A DNA stretch of 64,000 nucleotides, taken from the NCBI GenBank assembly GCA_963753345.1, contig CAVWBU010000024.1, positions 224,001 to 288,000 of the forward strand, written 5' to 3'. The translations under genes and the position numbers were made by a program. The notes beneath the pieces are model-generated. The model was not told the origin of the DNA, made no database searches, and saw only the letters and a program-made list of their open reading frames with translations. Positions 58,383 to 64,000 of this stretch are shown here, one piece after another. The DNA is from an uncultured Fibrobacterota bacterium. GTDB taxonomy: Bacteria; Fibrobacterota; Chitinivibrionia; Chitinivibrionales; FEN-1185. Numbering within the stretch: the stretch's first letter is position 1; the number at the start of each line of letters is the position of its first letter.

Positions 58383-59903
58383 ATGGCAGAACAGGAAAAA
58401 CAGGCGGCCGGGAAGCAGGCGCAGGACGCCCACGGCCTCGAATACATCTATCAGACCATGAACCTCTCCATTCCAAAAAAACAGATTGACATATCGGAAT
58501 ATAAAAACACCGAAGTGCTCGCCGACAGCGACGCCAACGAGCGCATCAGCGCCGCGCTTTCGGTTTTTGTCGAAAGCGTAGCCGCCTCAAGCCAGAGCAT
58601 CGACAGGATCGACAAGGCGATGCTCGACCATCACATCAGCGAAATAGACAGGAAGCTGTCGCTCCAAATTGACGAGATCATGCACCATGCCAACTTCCAG
58701 AAGATGGAAGCGGCATGGCGGAGCCTCAAGTTCCTTGTCGACCGTATCGATTTCAAGAAAAATGCCAAACTCGACATTCTTGACGCATCGAAAGAAGACC
58801 TCGCCGAGGACTTCGAAGACGCGCCGGAAACAATCCAGTCGGGCCTTTACAAACACGTATACGTGAGCGAATACGACACCCCCGGCGGCGAACCGTACGG
58901 GTCACTCGTTTCGAATTTCGAGTTCGACAGCGGCCCCTCCGACATCACCCTTCTGCAGAACGTGTCGAAGGTGTCGGCCGCCTGCCATTGCCCGTTTTTG
59001 GGATTGGCGAGCCCCAAGTTCTTCGGTAAGGAGACAATCCAGGACCTTACCAAGATCGAGGACCTTCACAATTACATGGAACGGTCCGAGTTCCTCAAGT
59101 GGAATTCGTTCCGCCAGACCGAGGACGCTCGGTACGTGGGACTCATGCTTCCCCGCTTCATGCTCAGGCTCCCCTACGGCCCGGACACGCAGCCCGTCAA
59201 GGAATTCAATTACACCGAGAACGTAAAAGGAACCGATCACGACAAGTACCTGTGGGGCAATTCGACGTTCGCGTTCGCTGCGAACATGGTCCGCTCCTAC
59301 ATCGAAAACGGATGGTGCGTCCAGATCCGCGGGCCCGAGGCCGGCGGAAAAGTGGAAGACCTGCCGGTGCACATGTACGATGTCGGAAAAGGCAAGCAGA
59401 TGAAGATTCCCACGGAAATCCTCATTCCGGAAACCCGCGAATTCGAATTCGCGCAGGAAGGGTTCATTCCGCTGTCGTTCTACAAGAACCGCAACTACGC
59501 GTGCTTCTTCTCCGCCAATTCGGCGCAGAAGCCCGCGGAATACGACAATCCGGTCATCACCGCAAACATGCGCATCAATTCCCGGCTGCCGTACATTTTC
59601 CTGGTGTCGAGAATCGCGCACTATCTCAAGGTGATCCAGAGAGAGAATATCGGGTCCACCAAGAACAAGGTGGTGCTCCAGAACGAGCTCAACGGTTGGA
59701 TTAAGAATCTTGTCACCGAAATGAACGATCCGGGCCCGGATCTCATATCGACCCATCCCCTCAAGGCGGCGGAAGTGACCGTGAACGAAATCGAGGACAA
59801 CCCCGGGTTCTTCAGGGTGACGCTTTCGGTCATGCCTCATTTCCAGATCGAGGGAATCGATATCAACCTGTCCCTCGTGTCCCAGATGCCGAAAGGAAAA
59901 TAG
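58383..59903 (+). CDS. tssC: Type VI secretion contractile sheath large subunit
   Basis: FQKMEAAWRSLKFLV, EYDTPGGEP, PRFMLRLPYG, GWCVQIRGPEAGG, GFIPL, RIAHYLK, HPL, PHFQIEG. Confidence 0.96.
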   Translation: MAEQEKQAAGKQAQDAHGLEYIYQTMNLSIPKKQIDISEYKNTEVLADSDANERISAALSVFVESVAASSQSIDRIDKAMLDHHISEIDRKLSLQIDEIMHHANFQKMEAAWRSLKFLVDRIDFKKNAKLDILDASKEDLAEDFEDAPETIQSGLYKHVYVSEYDTPGGEPYGSLVSNFEFDSGPSDITLLQNVSKVSAACHCPFLGLASPKFFGKETIQDLTKIEDLHNYMERSEFLKWNSFRQTEDARYVGLMLPRFMLRLPYGPDTQPVKEFNYTENVKGTDHDKYLWGNSTFAFAANMVRSYIENGWCVQIRGPEAGGKVEDLPVHMYDVGKGKQMKIPTEILIPETREFEFAQEGFIPLSFYKNRNYACFFSANSAQKPAEYDNPVITANMRINSRLPYIFLVSRIAHYLKVIQRENIGSTKNKVVLQNELNGWIKNLVTEMNDPGPDLISTHPLKAAEVTVNEIEDNPGFFRVTLSVMPHFQIEGIDINLSLVSQMPKGK

Positions 59904-59910
59904 CGGAAAA

Positions 59911-59942
59911 CGCCGATCTGTGACGCTCGTCACAGATCGGCG
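59911..59942 (+). terminator. Perfect 14-bp hairpin between tssC and hcp (terminator or mRNA stability element)
   Basis: CGCCGATCTGTGAC-GCTC-GTCACAGATCGGCG. A T-rich run begins about 12 nt downstream. Confidence 0.6.
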
Positions 59943-60018
59943 CCGCGCTCAAGTTTATTTTTTTTGGTAATCGGGAACAACCCGCCCCGCAAACTTTACA
60001 CTGTGAAAGGAGTTTTGT

Positions 60019-60519
60019 ATGCCAATTCCCGCGTATTTGTGGCTCAAGAACGAGACCGGTGCCGACGTCAAAGGCTCCGTGGACGTGGCGAACCGCGAAG
60101 GAAGCATTGAGGTGCTCGAATTCCATCACGAAGTCCGCATCCCCACGGACCCGGACACCGGGCGCCTCACCGGCACCCGCAAGCACGAGTCGCTCACGTT
60201 CGTCAAGGCCTTCGACGCCTCGTCGCCGTACCTGTACAAGGCCGTGTGCGAAGGCGAGACGTACAAGACCGCCGAGTTCAAATTCTACAACATTGACGAC
60301 ACCGGCAGCGAAAAGGAATACTTCAACTTCAAACTCGAAGGCGTCAAGGTCTGCTCGGTGAAACCGACAATGCCCAATGTAAAGGACCCGACCAAGGAGC
60401 GCTACACCCACCTCGAGGAAGTCTCCCTGCGCTACCGCAAGATCACCTGGACATTCCTCGACGGAAACCTTCAGGCCTCGGATTCATGGGCGGAGGGAAG
60501 GGAAGGCGGGAGCAAGTAG
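60019..60519 (+). CDS. hcp: Type VI secretion tube protein Hcp (TssD)
   Basis: AAGGAG RBS, PAYLWL...KGSVDVANREGSIEV, TGRLTGTRKH, SSPYLYKA, HLEEVSLRYRKITW. Confidence 0.95.
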   Translation: MPIPAYLWLKNETGADVKGSVDVANREGSIEVLEFHHEVRIPTDPDTGRLTGTRKHESLTFVKAFDASSPYLYKAVCEGETYKTAEFKFYNIDDTGSEKEYFNFKLEGVKVCSVKPTMPNVKDPTKERYTHLEEVSLRYRKITWTFLDGNLQASDSWAEGREGGSK

Positions 60520-60557
60520 ATTTCCCTGCCCGTTCGCTGTTGGAAGAATCACCGTAT

Positions 60558-60588
60558 GGGGCGCCGGCTGCAGCGCCCCTTCTTATTA
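60558..60588 (+). terminator. Intrinsic terminator after hcp
   Basis: GGGGCGC...GCGCCCC stem followed by TTCTTATT. Confidence 0.6.
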
Positions 60589-60799
60589 TGGTTACTCCGG
60601 TATCGACATTTCAGCGGACTCCGGTACAATCGCTCAGCCTGAGCACGGCTGTTGATTTTGTATGTTCAACAATGTATGTTTTCAGACTCGATAATTGCGA
60701 TTATTAAACGAATTTTTCACTTCACAGGACGGCCTCCGACTTGCCGGATATCGGGCAACATAATTCTCGGCCGTCAATCACCCAACTTTCGGAGCAATC

Positions 60800-62044
60800 A
60801 TGAGTAAGAATCCCGTTCTCTGCATCGTCGGACTCGGCTACGTGGGCCTGCCGCTTGCCGTTGAATTCGCCAAGCATTTCACGGTCCACGGCTTTGACAT
60901 AAGCGAAAAGCGCGTTGCGATCCTCAGAAAAGGCAGGGACCCCAACCGCGAGGTGGACTCTCAGGTATTGTCGAGCGTCAAGATCGAGTATTCAAGCAAC
61001 CCATCGGTCATCAGGAAAGCCGATTTCGTTGTGGTTGCCGTGCCCACGCCCATCGACGACCACAAGATCCCCGACCTTACGCCTGTTGTCAAGGCCTCGG
61101 AAACCGTGGGAAGGAACCTGAAGAGGGGCGCGATCGTGGTGTATGAATCCACCGTGTACCCCGGCGTCACCGAAGACGAATGCGTGCCGATCCTTGAGCG
61201 CGAAAGCGGGTTCACGTGGAAAAAGGACTTTTTCGTGGGATATTCGCCGGAGCGCATCAATCCCGGCGACCGGGAGCACACGGTGTCGAAGATAACCAAG
61301 GTCGTGTCGGGAGACACCCCGCAAACGCTTGAGACCGTCGCCGCGGTTTATGGCGCCGCGGTGAAGGCGGGCGTGTACCGGGCGCCTTCGATAAAAGTCG
61401 CTGAGGCGGCGAAGGTGATCGAAAACACCCAGCGAGACATCAACATCGCGCTCATGAACGAGCTGCGCATCATATTTGACAAACTGGGAATATCCACCAC
61501 CGAGGTGCTCGCCGCCTCAAAGACAAAGTGGAACTTTCTTCCCTTTGAGCCCGGGCTTGTCGGCGGGCACTGCATCGGCGTCGACCCCTACTACCTGGCC
61601 TACAAGGCCGAGGAAATAGGCCATCACCCGCAGATCATCATGGCAGGCAGGCGCATCAACGACGCCATGGGCAGGTATTTCGGCAGGGAAATCGTCAAGG
61701 AGATGACCAACAAGGGAATCTGCGTCAAGGACACGAGGGCGCTTGTGCTCGGCATCACGTTCAAGGAGAACGTGCCCGACATCCGCAATTCCAAGGTGAT
61801 CGACATCATGAAGGAACTCGCCGAGTTCGGCGTCAAGGTTGACGTGTGGGAGCCCGTGGCCGACGCCGAGGAGGTGCGGCTGGAATACGGGATCACCCCG
61901 ATTGCCAGGCCAAAACGGCACTCTTACGACGCAGTCGTGCTTGCCGTGAAGCACCGGGAGTTTCTTGAGCTGGGCAGGGCCGGGCTGTCGGCCTTCCTCA
62001 AGCCCAACGGTGTTTTCTTTGATGTCAAGGAAGCATTGGCATAG
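60800..62044 (+). CDS. Nucleotide-sugar dehydrogenase (UDP-GlcNAc/GalNAc 6-dehydrogenase, WbpO/TviB-like)
   Basis: VGLGYVGLPLA, VPTP, ESTVYPG, YSPERINPGD, KVIENTQRD, GGHCIGVDPYYL, TFKENVPD. Confidence 0.93.
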   Translation: MSKNPVLCIVGLGYVGLPLAVEFAKHFTVHGFDISEKRVAILRKGRDPNREVDSQVLSSVKIEYSSNPSVIRKADFVVVAVPTPIDDHKIPDLTPVVKASETVGRNLKRGAIVVYESTVYPGVTEDECVPILERESGFTWKKDFFVGYSPERINPGDREHTVSKITKVVSGDTPQTLETVAAVYGAAVKAGVYRAPSIKVAEAAKVIENTQRDINIALMNELRIIFDKLGISTTEVLAASKTKWNFLPFEPGLVGGHCIGVDPYYLAYKAEEIGHHPQIIMAGRRINDAMGRYFGREIVKEMTNKGICVKDTRALVLGITFKENVPDIRNSKVIDIMKELAEFGVKVDVWEPVADAEEVRLEYGITPIARPKRHSYDAVVLAVKHREFLELGRAGLSAFLKPNGVFFDVKEALA

Positions 62045-62071
62045 ACCATAAATGCGGTTCTTTGGATAAAA

Positions 62072-62205
62072 ATAACAAATTGGGCGCCCCGCCGCTTTGT
62101 GGCGGCGGTCCTCCTTCCAGGCTCGGCCTTCGGCCTCGTTACCGCCTGCCACGAGGGTCCTTCGGGCCGTGGTCAGTCGGCAATCCCGCTTTGGCGGGAC
62201 CATTT
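62072..62205. other. GC-rich multi-hairpin intergenic element (candidate structured RNA or MITE)
   Basis: Consecutive hairpins: CCGCCGC/GCGGCGG, GGCC-TTC-GGCC, CCACG..GGTCC-TTC-GGGCC.GTGG and TCCCGC-TTTG-GCGGGA. Confidence 0.4.
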
Positions 62206-62370
62206 TTCCAGTCCGACCTGGCGCGCGGGCAGATGGACACCGAATCTCTTCAACCCTAATTGACAAGAGGAAGTGAACCTAAGTGACGGGAAGCGAGAGA
62301 GCTTGCTCCGGTAGCTGCAATGCAGAACTTGCGTGGACAAGATCTGCAACTATCAATTTTGATTCAGCAA

Positions 62371-63015
62371 TCAATTGAACCGCTTCTCATCCCCCATATT
62401 CGGCCTAATAATCAATTCCTCATACTGTTTCCTCAGCGACTCCCCGACCGCGGCATTTTCCCCCAGGCAATCCAGCGCCATGGCGATCGCCTCGACGGTT
62501 GCGAGGCCGTGCCTTTTTGTCTGGCCCCGCAACGACGGATGGTCGGGATTGAGCGTGATCCGGTTGAGCTTGAGCAGCCACGGATTCCGCCACCACATAG
62601 CCTTTGCCTGCTTCCACGACCCGTCAATGACGATGATGCCTTTGAAACGTGTCGAAATGGCAAGGAGAAGGTTCTTCGGGCTGAACATCTCCAGTTTCCT
62701 CGACGGCTCCTTGATGCCTTTGAGCAACAGCACCGCCCATGCATCCGCGTCTGCCTCTTCGCCGAGTGCGTGGGAAAGATTACGCCACGAAAGCCCGACG
62801 CGCAGCACGCTGTTGGCAAGCGCGCGGTGGGCAAGCATTGCCGAATTGAGAAGCTTGTGCTGTTCCTGGGGGTGTTGGAGGATAAGAACCTTTGCACCCG
62901 TGCCGAAAGGAACCGTTTTTCCGCACATGCACTGCGGAGTGAGGCGAAGGCATACAGGGCAAGCGTTCTTTTTGTCAATCTTCTTGGGGGTGGCTGCGGG
63001 CCTTGATGTTTTCAT
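62371..63015 (-). CDS. DTW-domain tRNA-uridine aminocarboxypropyltransferase-like protein
   Basis: CPVC...CMC, LILQHPQE, IVIDGSWKQAK (DTW-type), GLATVEAI. Confidence 0.85.
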   Translation of the reverse strand: MKTSRPAATPKKIDKKNACPVCLRLTPQCMCGKTVPFGTGAKVLILQHPQEQHKLLNSAMLAHRALANSVLRVGLSWRNLSHALGEEADADAWAVLLLKGIKEPSRKLEMFSPKNLLLAISTRFKGIIVIDGSWKQAKAMWWRNPWLLKLNRITLNPDHPSLRGQTKRHGLATVEAIAMALDCLGENAAVGESLRKQYEELIIRPNMGDEKRFN

Positions 63016-63036
63016 TTTGTGAAACGGCCCGTACCG

Positions 63037-63846
63037 TTAGTCAACCTGCGGGGCGTCCTGCCCTGCCTGCAGGGGCGCTTCTGCGGCCTGGTCCGGCTCT
63101 TTTTCCACGCGCCGCTTCACCAGAATGCGGCCGAACCGTGTTTCCTGCCGGAAGATTATCTCCTGCATTTTGGTGAGCTCAAGGATTGCCATAAACGTCA
63201 CCACGAGCACGATCCTGCGCTTGTCGTCGGCAAACAGGTCTTCAAATGGAATTTCCCGGTCGGCGGCGATCATGCCGAGAACGTGCTCGATGCGGTCGTC
63301 GAGACGCACCATATCGTGGCCGATGACCTGCCGGCTGTCGCCCTCGGCCGCCACGCGGTCAAGCACGCGCTTGAAGGCGGTGATCAGGTCGAACACCGTG
63401 ACCGCGCCCGCGACAAGGCCGTCGTCGGCCGCGGAAAGCGGCGTTACGGGCTCGGCGCTGCCCCGTGTGAAGCAGCCGATCTGCTCGGACTCGAAATGCC
63501 GCAGCGAGTGGGCCGCCTCCTTGTACTTTTTGTATTCGAGGAGCTGCGCGATAAGCTGTTCCCTGTTGTAAATTCCCTCCTCGCCTTCGATCGGCTCCTG
63601 CTCCGACGGCGGCAGGAGCTCGCGCGCCTTGAGGCGGATGAGCGTGCTGGCCATGTACAGGTATTCCGCGGCGATGTCGATGTTGAGCTCGCGCATGAGG
63701 TCGAGATACTCGAGGTACTGCTGGGCGACCTGCGCCACCTGGATCTGCCTGATGTCCACTTCGGCCCGGTTGACAAGGTAGAGCAGCAGGTCGAGCGGCC
63801 CCTCGAACAGCGAAAGCTTGACCTGATATTCCTGTTTCACCTGCAT
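63037..63846 (-). CDS. scpA: Segregation/condensation protein A (kleisin)
   Basis: FEGPLDLLLYL, AAEYLYMASTLIRLKA..LLP, LLEYKKYK, TFMAILEL. Confidence 0.93.
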   Translation of the reverse strand: MQVKQEYQVKLSLFEGPLDLLLYLVNRAEVDIRQIQVAQVAQQYLEYLDLMRELNIDIAAEYLYMASTLIRLKARELLPPSEQEPIEGEEGIYNREQLIAQLLEYKKYKEAAHSLRHFESEQIGCFTRGSAEPVTPLSAADDGLVAGAVTVFDLITAFKRVLDRVAAEGDSRQVIGHDMVRLDDRIEHVLGMIAADREIPFEDLFADDKRRIVLVVTFMAILELTKMQEIIFRQETRFGRILVKRRVEKEPDQAAEAPLQAGQDAPQVD

Positions 63847-64000
63847 GCGATCGCCTCGATTTCCACCAGGACGTTTTTCGGCAGCGCGGCAACCTCCACC
63901 ACCGACCGCGCGGGCCTCGCGCCGCAAAGTTCTTCCTCGTAGACCGCGTTGAACGCGGCAAAGTCGGCCATGGAGCGGAGGAACACGGTGGTCTTGACAA
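63837..64000 (-). CDS. RidA/YjgF-family reactive intermediate deaminase (3' part only)
   Basis: Hand translation: VKTTVFLRSMADFAAFNAVYEEELCGARPARSVVEVAALPKNVLVEIEAIACR-stop, overlapping the scpA start. Confidence 0.9.
   Translation of the reverse strand, partial: VKTTVFLRSMADFAAFNAVYEEELCGARPARSVVEVAALPKNVLVEIEAIACR

Overview
This is a GC-rich bacterial chromosomal window. The host is most likely Fibrobacterota (Chitinivibrionia-like), inferred from TIGR02147- and TIGR02171-like proteins and many T9SS-CTD-like tails. Layout: (1) 1-20.7 kb is a cell-envelope glycan region (MsbA-like exporter, Wzx-like flippase, four glycosyltransferases) interleaved with PorZ-like and PorU-like (C25 sortase) genes. 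(2) rlmD-like methyltransferase, folK and ndk follow. (3) About 23.5-44 kb is an island of secreted CAZyme/adhesin genes: a CE2/SGNH-FN3 protein, a B-repeat protein, a beta-helix protein, a GH39-like enzyme, three GH12 proteins and a GH2. It includes a TIGR02147 / lipoprotein-GH12 / secreted-GH12 module and two short MITE-like elements. (4) Next come a sigma54 activator, a radical SAM protein, an apionate-lactonase-like gene, a kinase-regulator-PP2C trio, argJ, a LysM protein, glgC and a sigma70 factor. (5) A compact type VI secretion tail-only cluster, tssA-tssB-tssC-hcp. (6) A UDP-sugar dehydrogenase, a DTW protein, scpA and a partial RidA-family gene. Three large secreted-protein genes carry frameshifts, which could be gene decay or assembly error. 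I recognised no rRNA, tRNA, CRISPR array, integrase or transposase. All family calls come from motif recognition by eye, not from database searches.
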